DNA of 42,378 bases, from NCBI GenBank assembly GCA_002633005.1, contig NMRA01001151.1:1-42378 (forward strand), read 5' to 3'. This document shows, one piece after another, positions 1 to 13,100 of the stretch. Numbering within the stretch: position 1 is the first letter of the stretch; the number at the start of each line of letters is the position of its first letter. The translations under genes and the position numbers were made by a program. This DNA is from Phoronis australis (lineage: Eukaryota > Animalia > Phoronida). The notes under the pieces were generated by a model. That model made no database searches. It saw nothing but the letters and a program-made list of their open reading frames with translations, and was not told where the DNA came from.

Positions 1-1075
1 AAACAATTCTGACTTCCGTCTGTTTACCGCGTGTTTGATGTGTGCTGACTGCTGTGGTGGCAAATACACTGATTTCGCAACATAAACTTTACAGTTGTGA
101 ACCAAATGTATTAAATCTAAGAAAACTGTTAGTAGTTTAAAGTTTGAAAGTGAAGTTTGAATTGAATTTCGGGCGAATTGTTACGCCTGACTTTGATACT
201 TGCAGTGGTGACTTCTTCGCAGATTGTTAAACACAATCTGAGGTCACGTTGTTGACCTGAAGGACGTTAAATCAAGAACTATATTGATTAAAATTAACAG
301 GACAGTTACAAATACAATTCAAATCAGGAATTGTGCATTACGTGGCATTTACTCTGTGGGGTTGAAAATGTTAAAGTCGATGTGAGTGCTCAATGCTTAC
401 TCTCGAGCTCCGAATAACCCTTAATATATGTTTAGTTATTTTGAAATCGTTTTCTGGTGAAGCTTATTCTGGTCTACATCTATTAATTTTCTATGCTTTT
501 TCCCCTGTGAACAATTATTTGGCTGACAAGTTGGCCATTTTGTATTCATTTTTGCTGAACCCTTTCATGCTTCAAAGTTAAGAGTCTGAACCAAAACCGT
601 GGAACCTGCCTGACTCCATGCACCGGCCGAAGCCATCCATTTCAGCCTCTTTATTTTTAGACTGAATGAAAGTCCTGAATATTTTGCCCAAAAATGATAA
701 TTTCCTTGGTTCTTATGTCTAAAAGTAGTATCCGTGAATCAGTTGAATTCTTCAAAACAAATGGTTTTGCCAAGTTTTTATGCAAACAAAATGTGACAAC
801 CGATAAGTAAATAAAGATTTAAAGGTCCGATGACATGGAGTAATGTTTAAACAACAGTAGCAAAATCTTTGGTTTTACTGAAGTTAGATTAAAGTCCATC
901 GCCGTGATCGAAGAGTTGGATATCTATGTGTTCGGGGTGAACTTGCCGAGGGCCTAATTTGTTGGTTCTGACCTACACCCTAGAAGTCATACATCGATAT
1001 AACCTGATTGAATTCTTTTTCATTTTATATTGGAACATTTTGTAATAATTTTATCTCATCTAACCTGAATTGTAG

Positions 1076-1165
1076 GTTGAAAATTTAAACATTTCCCAGC
1101 CCGGTGGTGGAGCCATACCCAAGCGACCTCCAGTGACAGGACGTGGAGACGCCCCCTCTCCAACA
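1076..1165 (+). CDS. DDX19: Probable N-terminal DDX19 exon ([22 protein letters not shown]...); 3' boundary uncertain
   Basis: ctaac branch-like site plus tgtag acceptor at 1075, a GC-rich coding-like island, and VENLNI resembling the vertebrate DDX19 exon-2 start (LSNLHL). An in-frame TAG at 1169 makes the donor ambiguous. Confidence 0.45.
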
Positions 1166-4100
1166 GTATAGGAGCAGCAGCAGCAGCAACTGCGGTAGAT
1201 AATGGCGGGTGGGAAGAAGCTCAAGCTACTAGTTCCTGCTGTTTAAAAGAGGCTGTGAAAAAAGACATTAAGGTGTTTACTGGCTTCCATGAAGCTTGTG
1301 TCTGGGCTCTCTCACTACGATATTTCTTCTTTTTTGTCTGGGGTAATAGTGTTTTTTTTTCAGAAAAATAGAAGCTTCTGTGTAGTTTTAATGGCCAATA
1401 GTCTGACATAACATGCGTATATTTTGACAATCTGTTTGATGCATGTTATTCAGTGGAGAAAACTGGTTCTCAAAATTCAGACTATTACGTTTTAATGAAC
1501 AGTAAGTTCAGGTGTTGTGGGTATTGTGGTCTGCATTCGTGATGGACTTGTCTTTGTCGCTTGTTAGTTTTGGGCTTTTAAAAAAGTGCTAACATCGTGG
1601 ATAAATACCAACTGCAAAACACGACATTGGGTGGAAAATAATAATAATTCTCAGGTGCGCTATCATACGCAGCTCTGGAATTTAATAACGTGTTACTTTC
1701 TCTGATGGCAATCTTTCGGCTGGTCATCTGGAAATGGCAGATTTAATATTCAGTGCCTGCTGAAATTCTAATTTGAAGGTAACTCTGTATTTGGTAACTT
1801 TGTCAAGTTAACGTAATGTTACTTGTCTGTTCCACTGCTTGATGGGTACTGTAGAATATTTTCAGGTAATGAAATAACCCCTTGTTAAGAATGACAGTCA
1901 CAAACACATTTAAGTGTAAGAAGGCATACCGTATTCACCGTAATAACCGCCCTGGGCACTTAGAAAAGTTTGTTTCAGGGGAGCGCTTATTATAACCCAA
2001 GGCCGTTGAAACCCGGTCTCCGAAACGGGTGAAATCGGAAGCTATGATTCATCATATTTACGCTCTGTGGCGCATCTGTAACATATGTAGGACTTCCTAC
2101 AAAACTGTGGTGCATTGCTATCAAACTTTGCTGCTAAAGTACAATCATTTTACAGAAAATTGTGCTGAAATCCCAGGGCGAAAACTCACCGACTGTATGC
2201 CTCGCAATCGTCGATGTGGCGACTTGAATGCTTGAATAAAAATACAGTTTCGACTCGAGCAAATTACCTGAAATCCTCCTTGAGTTTTCCAAGTAGCATC
2301 CCTAAGATTTTTAAGTTCCCGTGGAGTCGGGATCGTGGCAGGTTTAAGTACAGATCTGTGCTACATCATGCCATCTACATGTATGATCGGCAACATGAGA
2401 AAAATGTCTGGACGAATACACATGTTGTTGTCACGTGACGTTTGTTTTGAAGTTGTCTGCGTTTGTGAGTAAGCGGGTGCGTGCGTGTCACCAGAGTTCA
2501 TTTGCCAGAGCAGAGTCCGTCTTTTAGCCATAGCCACACAATCAAACGATCTAGATGTGCATTGTGTCTAAAGAAATTTGCACAAGCAGTAGGCCTAAAC
2601 CAGAGCGTGTTTCATTCAGGGCATGCCGGTCTCATGTGCTAAAAACGTTCGACATTTGTCTCGGTAAGACCATAGTAGTAGCTGTGTGGCTGGAGGTGTA
2701 CGTGACTATCTGACAGTTATTTTTCGGTGTCAAGGTGTGTAAGCATTCACTGTCAGTGGTCATTTTGTTGGATATTTGGCTTAAAAACACCAATTATGAT
2801 TAATCAAACAATTCATCTTAAAAATAACGCAAACATTTTTTATAGTATGAGAAACTGTCGGAAATTAGTGCCAATATTCATTTCTTGCCGATGCTGTGCT
2901 ACCTGTTTCATGACTGGATAGTTCCCGACTAATGTCTTTGATGACAGGTTCATGTATGTAGCTCGCGCTTCCTGGCCACGTGCTTTTAACACTGGCCAGT
3001 CTTCGATTCGCGGTTTTCACGTGTAAGCCTACAAAGAAATTTGGATTCCTGTTGAAATCAGGAAATATCTACAAAGCAATCCCGTAGACAAGTACACTAC
3101 TTCTGTTCTGAAAGGCCAGACCATTGGTCTTCGCAATATCGGCAGAACTTTTGTGTTCGTTTTGAGGCATGGCGGAAGTTTGAAGTGTATAGTCACGGCT
3201 GAATACCGACATAGCGGCGAGGCTCGTGGTCTACAAATTCTGCGCACAATGATTTTTTTCAGGGCTGTCGGATATTATTGATAAATTGAAGACCTAACTG
3301 TAGAATTTTAGGACTTAGGTAAGGCATATTTTGCAGGTACACGTTCATGGACTGGGCGCTTATTTTAGCAAAGTCTGAAAATGTGGGGGGGGCGCTTATA
3401 GGGGCATGTGCAGTTATTACGGCGAATACGGTTGTATTGTATTCTAAGTATAAAGAGTGTCAAAACTTTTTGTCTTACATGTCTGTAGAATAGAGTACAA
3501 TGAATTGCACTGGTTGTTAGACCTACGTTTATTATCTTGTTCCAGTCGTATGTTTCGCCAATGGGAATTGAATGCTTCTTCCACTTTCGGTTTGCTAGAA
3601 TATTTTATCTGCTTTGAGCTTATCATTGTTTTCTCTGTCTCAGTGCTTCATTGTTTTCTCTGTCTCAGCGCTTCATTGTTTTTTCTGTCTCAGCGCTCTC
3701 GCCCGAAGAGATTTCGTTGCTGCAGAAGGCACTGCACAAGAAACTGGTGACAACCAAAGCAGATCTTGAGGTGTTACAAAAGGACCCCAACTCACCGCTC
3801 TATTCTGTCAAGAGCTTTGAGAAACTCAGTCTGTAAGTGGCCCTGTATTACAGCTGGTGCCTAGTTACGTTTATGTTTGAGAACGTTCAGTAGCTTAGTG
3901 ATTAAAGCGTGACGTGCATGTCCATGAGTTTGTGGAGACATTGATGCTTGCCTGGTTAAAGATGGACAAAAATAATTGTCAAAATGCCTTTTGATTTTTC
4001 AAGGGCTTCCAGATTTCTACCAGTCACCATCGGACAAAAGTTCTGAAAAATTGTGGGCATTCAAGATAACGATAGTAGATTAAGAAGAGTATTTAATTTG

Positions 4101-7100
4101 CTGCTGCAACTATTTCAATAGAATGATAATAAATTTCTGGCTGTATTGTGTTCGAATTTAGTGAGATTTTATCGTACCTAAAACATAGGGTGTTTAATAA
4201 TCTATGGTAAAATCTCATAATTTCAGAAAAATGTGATTCCCAAAATTGGTCTGTTTTAGCTTTTCAAACAGTTTCAACATTTATAGACTTGCTGTGAATT
4301 CCCAAAATTCCACAAAATATTGTCCATTGGTAGCTATGGAATCGAGCTCAAATGTATGTGGTGGAGCTGTCCATCATTTGCAGTGAAAAAGGAGAAAATA
4401 ATATTTTGCTTGTCCGCCATTTTGCATCCCAGAGTGGCGAGATTTTACCCTAGTTTCTTTTCTCTTCTTTATGAGTACACGCCCATTGCCGCAGCAGTTG
4501 CTTCGTATCTCACAAAAGAAATGTGTGGCATCAGTTTGTCTTATTGAATAGTTATACATACTGCAGTCACTAGGTTGCCTTGGTTACTGTCAATTTTCAT
4601 CAGTTTTACGGTCTTTGTGATGAAACCGTACTTGATATAATTTTTGTATCAATGACGATGTACCAGCATGTCCCCCTTTCAACACCGCAGACCGTTTAAA
4701 CGGTCTCTGAAACTTGCATCCATTCAACACCGTGAACTGCTTTATCGGTGTAATGACATGCCAAACTTCAAGCAACAACATATTTGATTGGTTGATTAGG
4801 GGAATTCTTTTGTGTACATCACAAATTTAAATATAGACTTACCTTCATTTCTAACAGCTTTTCTGATTCGTTGCTGAGATGTAACGTGAGTTATTGAAGG
4901 GGTTTTCCAAGAATTTAGATTGACAAAATGTCTGTCGACGGCGATTCAGACGTAGACTTTTCAAATGATGAAAATAATTTGTATGCTTTCTACTTAATTA
5001 ATATATAAGATAACCCAAAAAGGAATTCTTATGTATCTGGCCAGAGTTTGTTGACTATTACGACAAAGAAGTTGAATTTCATGGCTTTGAAGCGGAGAAA
5101 AACTTAGTTTACAGTTCGCGAATTTCGCAATTGGGTCAAACAAACGCCATTGAACTCCGACAACTTCGCAAGTTTTCTGAACATGTGGAGTCATCTAGAG
5201 TGTATCATGGTTCTGATAAGCAAGTTGAGTACTTTCAAAATTTCTATATCGATGAAATATTGGGTGAAATTGTCAGGGTAATTAATTTGAACGCCTAAAC
5301 GAAGCGCGAGTCACAACCGCAAGTGGACAAATTTGAATCGTTGAACTTAACGATCGCCGAATTTAAGTCACTCTCTTTATGGCCTTCAATAAATAGAAGA
5401 TGTGAAATATGATCGAAAATGTATCTTAAGAAATGGTACTGAAGAATATTGACGACACTGTTACTCGTGAATCATTTTTATTCAGTTAAACGATACATTG
5501 AATTGGCAAATTGGCAAACAAACACCGGCATTTCAGTTGTTACTTACCTGCATCACCTGAGAGAGGGATAGACTTTTTAATTTTGGTGAAATTGTCGATA
5601 AAGTTCATTCTGTTCTCTACATTTTGGTGTGTCTCACTTTGAAATTCAATGATAAAGGGATTGTTTATGAAATTTTGAAAACAAGCACCTCAGTTCAGCC
5701 CATGTGTGCAAAGTTACTTGGGGTTCAGGGACACAATGGCTGACAGTTACTTGGAGGTGAAAGAGTTAACGCTAATTGAGATCTCTGCTTTGTGCACTTG
5801 ATATTCCAAATGTTTGTGGTATTCTTTGCAGGAAAAGGGAACTTTTAGACGGTATTTATGACATGGGCTTTAATGCACCTTCGAAGATCCAGGAAACAGC
5901 TTTACCAGCTCTACTAGCCGATCCGTAAGTACGAGGCATTTACCGAGCATTGAGTTGATGACCTGAAATCAGCATTGGTCAAGGTTTTTGAGCATACGGT
6001 AGTTCGTGTTTGTGGACACTTTCAATGAGGAATTATTCTAAAACTTTTAGAATATGTTGTCTGATGTAAACATTGTCAGGGCTTGGAATTTTCCGCGCGG
6101 AAACGCGGATTTCTGCTTTTTTCAAATGTTCTGTCCGCGTATTTTATTATATTTCCGCGTAAAAAAAATCGGATTTGATATAAAATTTCCGCGGCAAATT
6201 TCTTTCTTACCGCCGCGTTGCAGACGACTTTCACCTCAAAAAGCGGAAGTTGCTCTTTATGTTTCGGAGGAACGTAAACTGTCAACATTGCCGGGGCATC
6301 TGGGATAGCGTGGTGGATTTCCTCAATGGCGGCTCGTGTGATTGTAAACCGCGGTGACAAATACTACTCTGTAGCCAAAAATGTTTGGAGGCGGGAGTGG
6401 CGGACGAGCTAAGACAGACGCAGACGCACGCTTCCGGAGGTGGTACCGTTTTTTTTTTTTTTTAGTCCTCTCAATTTTTGTCGGCAAAGGCCCACACCGA
6501 CAGTTTCAAGGCTGGCTGCGCGCATGTTTCGGGCCATATAAAAATTTCCGCGTTTTCCGCCATTGGTCATTCCAAGCCCTGATTGTCCAGTGCAGATTCG
6601 TGAGCTCTTTTTGCAGATATGTTTTTGTTAAAGACGCGAGTAGGACTTCCGTAGCAAGAAACATTTCTTTGTTGTGTATCATATCACGGTCTAATATTTA
6701 CCTTAGTGGCTTTTACCATAATTTAGAAAAGAACCTCCTAAAAGCAGTTTCAACCTTTTATCATGCTGAAAAGTTTGAAAATTTATTGAAAAATCTGCAA
6801 CCCTGTTGTGCAAAATACTCACATCCAGTGTTTGTGAGGTAAACATGTCTGCTTATAAGAGGTGATCTCTCTTCTGCCACAAACAAACCATCTTCTGGTA
6901 CCTAAGGGGAGCGTCATCTGATGTTCACTGGACGAACATTAAACCTATTCAGAATGGAGCCTCGTATCGGAAATGGTTTCCAATCAATTGATTCTGAATA
7001 AAATTTCTGATGCCCAACGTTAGTATAAAGGAATGTCACCTTGCCACTCTCACCCCTGCAGGGACTGGCATCAGTTATGTTGTGCCTATCTGCTGTTTTC

Positions 7101-10100
7101 CAGACCACAGAATATGATTGCACAGTCGCAGAGTGGAACTGGAAAAACAGCAGCGTTTGTCCTGACCATGCTGAGTAGAGTCGACACTTCACTGCCGTAC
7201 ACTCAGGTAGTGTTTATTGAATGAGGGAACCTCGTATATTCAGTTGAGGTTATGTTGGAAGTTACCGTCAAGTCTGTGTATTTAGTCATGTATGTATAAC
7301 ACTAGGTTTTAACTACTAAGGTAAAAGTATGTTTTATGAAAGCGGAAAGTTGTAGAATTTGAATTTTGCTTTCACAATTTGGCATTAACTGGGGCACGGG
7401 ACCATGTGTTTTTAGTAAAATTTTGCAAAACAGCGGTGTTACAAGTATGACCAAATTCTGTTTGATGTAAATGTTACTGGTTAAATCTCAAAAACTCTTA
7501 CTGTTTTCTTCATTATCATATTGTTTTTGTCTTCGACTTAAGATTTTTTCATGAAAATCTTAAAAGTGCTATTTTTGACTGTTCGCTCATGGCAAAGTGG
7601 AACAATACAGAAACAAGTCCACTCAGCATTTTGGAGAACAATGCACAGAGCATTCATTTGGTATCTGAAAGTTTCAAATAACTCCAATCAACCATTTCCG
7701 AGATGTGATGTTCTGTCCCAACTTTGGACATTTTTCTAGTGTCCTACACACTTTTAAATGCTTTTACTGACTTAGCTATGTTCAGTGTTGATTAATGAGG
7801 ATATAATGTATTTGGATGTTACCATGTAATGTTCCGTTTTCTTTTCTTACGGGCGGGTGGGTGGCTGTGTGCGTTGGCGCATGTGAGTAGTCAGTTCATC
7901 GTTTTTTCTGTTTCTGTATCAGGTGATCATGGCCTGTTTTTAGGGAATAAATTGATGTATTCGATTTATACATTAAACAATTCCTCATTTCCCTGAAGTC
8001 TAACTAGTCACCACTTTTGTTTTATGTGGAAGTTGCTATTCATCTTTCAGTGTCTGTGCCTTGCTCCGACGTATGAGCTGGCTCTGCAGATTGGTGATAA
8101 TACAACCAAGATGGCAAAACACATGAAAGACGTCAAAATCGGCTTCGCTGTGCGCGGCGGAGAACGAGGTAGGTATTTGGTTTAACCACATTTACTCAAA
8201 AGTAAGAATTATTAGTCCTCTTATGTGCCATGTTACATTATGCGATTTATAGTTAAGTCGAAGCCCTGTCGGGGCAGACATCTTTTCAGACTGAACTATA
8301 GGTCACATGATGTGACCAACATGCAGTGTTTGTGAAGACTAATAATTCTTACCTATACGATATCAACGCGCTGATTGATAACAACACTTATTTACATGTT
8401 CACTCATGCTTTGTGATCAGGACATGTTTGCGAAGACTTGAAGTTCCTGTAGTTCATGGAAAGCCTGAAATGACAAAGAATGGATTCCAAGCATAGAAAA
8501 AAAATAGGTAAAAACTGTCAGATATAAATGAAAAGTCTTCCTGTTCCAAGATGTATTGAGAGTTCATGCTCTTCTATTATGTGCAAATTAAAACAAAACT
8601 TCAAGTGATTGTTTTTATTATGTCTGTCTCCATTTCATCAACTTCAGGAAAGAAATGCTTACGGGAATTCTTCAGTTATTGTGTGTTGAAATAATTTTTG
8701 GAAATTGACCTTCACTCAATTTTAAAGACTGACCTTTGCACAACTAGTAGTCTGAAGTGTTGTTGTGCAGAGCCATCTCTCTGACATTTGTGGTTAAGAA
8801 ATTACACCAAATAAAATTCCTCTGTTTTACTGTTCTGTGTACTAAATAAATGAAGTAATGTCAATTTAAAATAAATGAAGAACTGACATGTACTAGTCAG
8901 TCGATTTTCCACTGACAAAAAGCATTCAATTGCTGTTCTTATACATTCGCATTATGCGTTTCGTGTTCTATCTACAGTTGAGCGAGGTTGTCCTGTTTCA
9001 TACCACATTGTGATTGGCACGCCAGGCNATTGATTCTGAATAAAATTTCTGATGCCCAACGTTAGTATAAAGGAATGCCACCTTGCCACTCTCACCCCTG
9101 CAGGGACTGACATCAGTTATGTTGTGCTTATCTGCTGTTTTCCAGACCACAGAATATGATTGCACAGTCGCAGAGTGGAACTGGAAAAACAGCAGCGTTT
9201 GTCCTGACCATGCTGAGTAGAGTCGACACTTCATTGCCTTACACTCAGGTAGTGTTTATTGAATGAGGGAACCTCGTATATTCAGTTGAGGTTATGTATG
9301 ACGTTACCGTCAAATCTGTGTATTTAGTCATGTATGTATAAAACTAGGTTTTAACTACTAACAAGGTAAAAGTATATATATTATGAAAGCGTAAAGTTGT
9401 AGAATTTGAATTTTACTTTCAAAATTTGGCATTAACTGGGGCACGGGACCATGTGTTTTTAGTAAAATTTTGCAAGAAAAAGAAGGTGCATTGATAGCGA
9501 AACAGCGGTATTACAAGTATGACCAAATTCCGTTTGATGTAATTGTTACTGGTTAAATCTCAAAAACCTGTTTTACTGTTTTCTTCATTATCATATTGTT
9601 TTTGTTTTTGTCTTCGACTTGAGATTTTTTCATGAAAATCTTAAAAGTGCTATTTTTGACTGTTCGCTCATGGCAAAGTGGAACAATACAGAAACAATTC
9701 CACTCAGCATTTTGGAGAACAATGCACAGAGCATTCATTTGGTATCTGAAAGTTTCAAATAACTCCGATCAACCATTTCCGAGATGTGATGTTCTGTCCC
9801 AACTTTGGACATTTTTCTAGTGTCCTACACACTTTTAAATGCCTTTACTGACTTAGCTATGTTCAGTGTTGATTAATGAGGATATAATGTATTTGGATGT
9901 TACCATGTAATGTTCCGTTTTCTTTTCTTATGGGCGGGTGGGTGGCTGTGTGCGTTGGTGCATGTGAGTAGTCAGTTCATCGTTTTTTCTGTTTCTGTAT
10001 AAGGTGATAATGGCCTGTTTTTAGGGAATAAATTAATGTATTCAATTTATACATTAAACAATTCCTCATTTCCCTGAAGTCTAACTAGTCACCACTTTTG

Positions 10101-13100
10101 TTTTATGTGGAAGTTGCTGTTATATTCTTTCAGTGTCTGTGCCTTGCTCCGACCTATGAGCTGGCTCTGCAGATTGGTGATAATACAACCAAGATGGCAA
10201 AACACATGAAAGACGTCAAAATCGGCTTCGCTGTGCGCGGCGGAGAACGAGGTAGGTATTTGGTTTAACCACATTTACTCAAAAGTAAGAATTGTTAGTC
10301 CTCTTATGTGCCATGTTACATTATGCGATTTATAGTTAAGTCAAAGCCCTGTCGGGGCAGACATCTTTTCAGACTGAACTATAGGTCACATGCCTCTGTT
10401 TTACTGTTCTGTGTACTAAATAAATAAAGTAATGTCAATTTAAAATAAATGAAGAACTGACATGTACAANCGGGGCAGACATCTTTTCAGACTGAACTAT
10501 AGGTCACATGATGTGACCAACATGCAGTGTTTGTGAAGACTAATAAATCTTACCTATGCGATATCAACGCGCTGATTGATAACAACACTTATTTACATGT
10601 TCACTCATGCTTTGTGATCAGGACATGTTTGCGAAGACTTGAAGTTCCTGTAGTTCATGGAAAGCCTGAAATGACAAAGAATGGATTCCAAGCATAGAGA
10701 AAAAAATAGGTAAAAACTGTCAGATATAAATGAAAAGTCTTCCTGTTCCAAGATGTATTGGGAGTTCATGCTTTCAATTATGTGCAAATTAAAACAAAAC
10801 TTCAAGTGATTGTTTTTATTATGTCTGTCTCCATTTCATCAACTTCAGGAAAAGAAATGCTTATGAGAATTCTTCAGTTATTGTGTGTTGAAAGAATTTT
10901 TGGAAATTGACCTTCACTCAATTTTAAAGACTGACCTTTGCACAACTAGTAGTCTGAAGTATTGTTGTACAGAGCCATCTCTCTGACATTTGTGGTTAAG
11001 AAATTACACCAAATAAAATTCCTCTGTTTTACTGTTCTGTGTACTAAATAAATAAAGTAATGTCAATTTAAAATAAATGAAGAACTGACATGTACAAGTC
11101 AGTCGATTTTCCACTGACAAAAGCATTCAATTGCTGTTCTTATACATTCGTATTATGCGTTTCGTGTTCTATCTACAGTTGAGCGAGGTTGTCCTGTTTC
11201 ATACCACATTGTGATTGGCACGCCAGGCACCATGCTAGATTGGTGCACAAAGCTCCGGGTGATCGACCCCAAGAAGGTGACGGTGTTTGTGCTTGACGAG
11301 GCGGACGTGATGATCGGTACACAAGGTCACCAAGACCAGTCTATCAGAGTAGTTAAGTAGGTCAACTGGGACGCGGACTGTTTATTCTGAATAAGAAAGA
11401 TTTCGACCATGTGTTGTCTTCTTGGGATTTTGGTGCTTTTGCCCAAATATCTACAGATCGACTGCATATAATCCAGTAAATGTAGTGTTCTCTGTGCAAA
11501 AAGCCTGACCAAATTCTGAATATGTAAATATCAAGATGAAATTTTAAAAACGCCGTTGTCTGTATTCATGACATCTAACTCGTAGTTCTCATCAACCATC
11601 GAAAACGTGATTAACGACAAAAAGAGTTTCCGTCTATGGGAATCCTATGCAATATGAAGGGTAGAAACTCGTGGAAAGTTACATAAAACTTCCTTTGCTC
11701 AAATCTTCTTGCATTCTAAAGCAGCTGTATTTCGCTCCATTTAGCCGCCTAAAAACAAAAACCTAGCTAGGCCTTCTACTTTAAAATACAATCGGTCTCT
11801 AAGTTTCCCTTGGCATGGTAGGACTTGTTTTCAGTTTCCAAGAACAACATACAGTCCTTCAACATGTCAAGAAATTGGTCCGAAAATTGTTGGTTTTACT
11901 GGGGTTGGCCAACCCTGAATTACAAAAATGGCTTACAGAGAGGGACTTCCATCAATCATAAGTTTGATTTTTGGGCAGAGTGCTGGTTTATGGTCTTTTT
12001 AAAGCATTTTGGACAAAATTCATAGATGTATGTTTTGGTGGGAAGGGAACAATCAAAAGGGCTGTTTTCTTTTAACCAGCCATCATCGCCTCTGTCCTAC
12101 TTGAATGTTTATTAGTTGTGTCGCTGTGTTGGAATACTTGTTCCTAAAAAAGAGATCAAAGATTGATCTTATGATGTTTCAGGGGCTTAAAGAAAGACTG
12201 TCAGATGCTGTTGTTCTCAGCCACATACGATGCCCCTGTGATGAAGTTTGCACAGGCCATAGTCCCTAATCCTGTTCTCATACGACTACGTCGGGAAGAA
12301 GAGAGCTTAGAAAACATCAAGCAATATTACATCGACTGTCATGATGCTCAATCACGGTTCCAAGCATTATCGAATATTTATGGAACTATTTCCATAGGAC
12401 AGTCCATGATATTCTGCAGAGTGAGTTTTTTGTTATTCGACCGTGTAGAACCCAGATATTGGTTTATCGCATTTACATTTTTAAGAGTGGATCACAAATT
12501 AACATTTCATATGTCATCTGGAGTTGATATTGGCATGAGGTAATAACAAGATTAGTAGTTAGGAAAGTGAAAATGTGATATCATTTATAGATTGCGTTTT
12601 GGATACAGAGCTAAAATTATACCCAATTTTCAAGATTTCAAGAGCAATGATTTTGGACATTTTACTGTTGATTTTGCCACTTTTGAACTTATTTTTGCAG
12701 ACGAAAAAAACAGCTGCATGGCTGGCTGAGAAGATGACTGGTGATGGACATACCGTTGCACTGCTTAGTGGGGAGTTGAATGTAGAACAGCGGGCAGCGG
12801 TCATCAACAGGTTTAGAGTAGGCAAAGAGAAAGTGCTCATCACTACTAACGTCTCTGCTAGAGGTAGGAATAGTGCAGGAAGATGGCACACAAAATGAGT
12901 GGTAGACGAGTGATGATGAGCCAAGTTCCCAACATTGTGATTTATGTAAAGTCAAACTATAGAAAGACTTAGGAACTTCCTGACTTAGATGGAGTTTCGG
13001 CTTGTAGTCAGATGTTGAACTGGATTCGTATGGGTGCCTGAAATCTTTCACTGTCAATCACTTTAATAATGAAGTTTTCAAGGAACAGGAAAGTTTTTGA

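Larger units (their letters stand above)
6987..11227 (+). repeat. Direct duplication 6987-9027 / 9029-11227 across single-N joins (9028, 10470); probably two haplotypes assembled in tandem
   Basis: Near-identical introns and exons, break exactly at the N in mid-exon, only synonymous exon differences. Confidence 0.85.

Noticed and set aside
6054-6842. Overlapping ORFs of 84-153 aa
   Set aside because: They lie in a GC-rich MITE inside a DDX19 intron, with no recognisable domain or splice context
12910-12983. Possible intronic C/D box snoRNA (gTGATGA ... CTGA, internal aagttcc/ggaactt stem)
   Set aside because: Terminal stem is weak, I recognise no rRNA-complementary guide, and it lies about 350 nt from the acceptor; snoscan or Infernal would settle it
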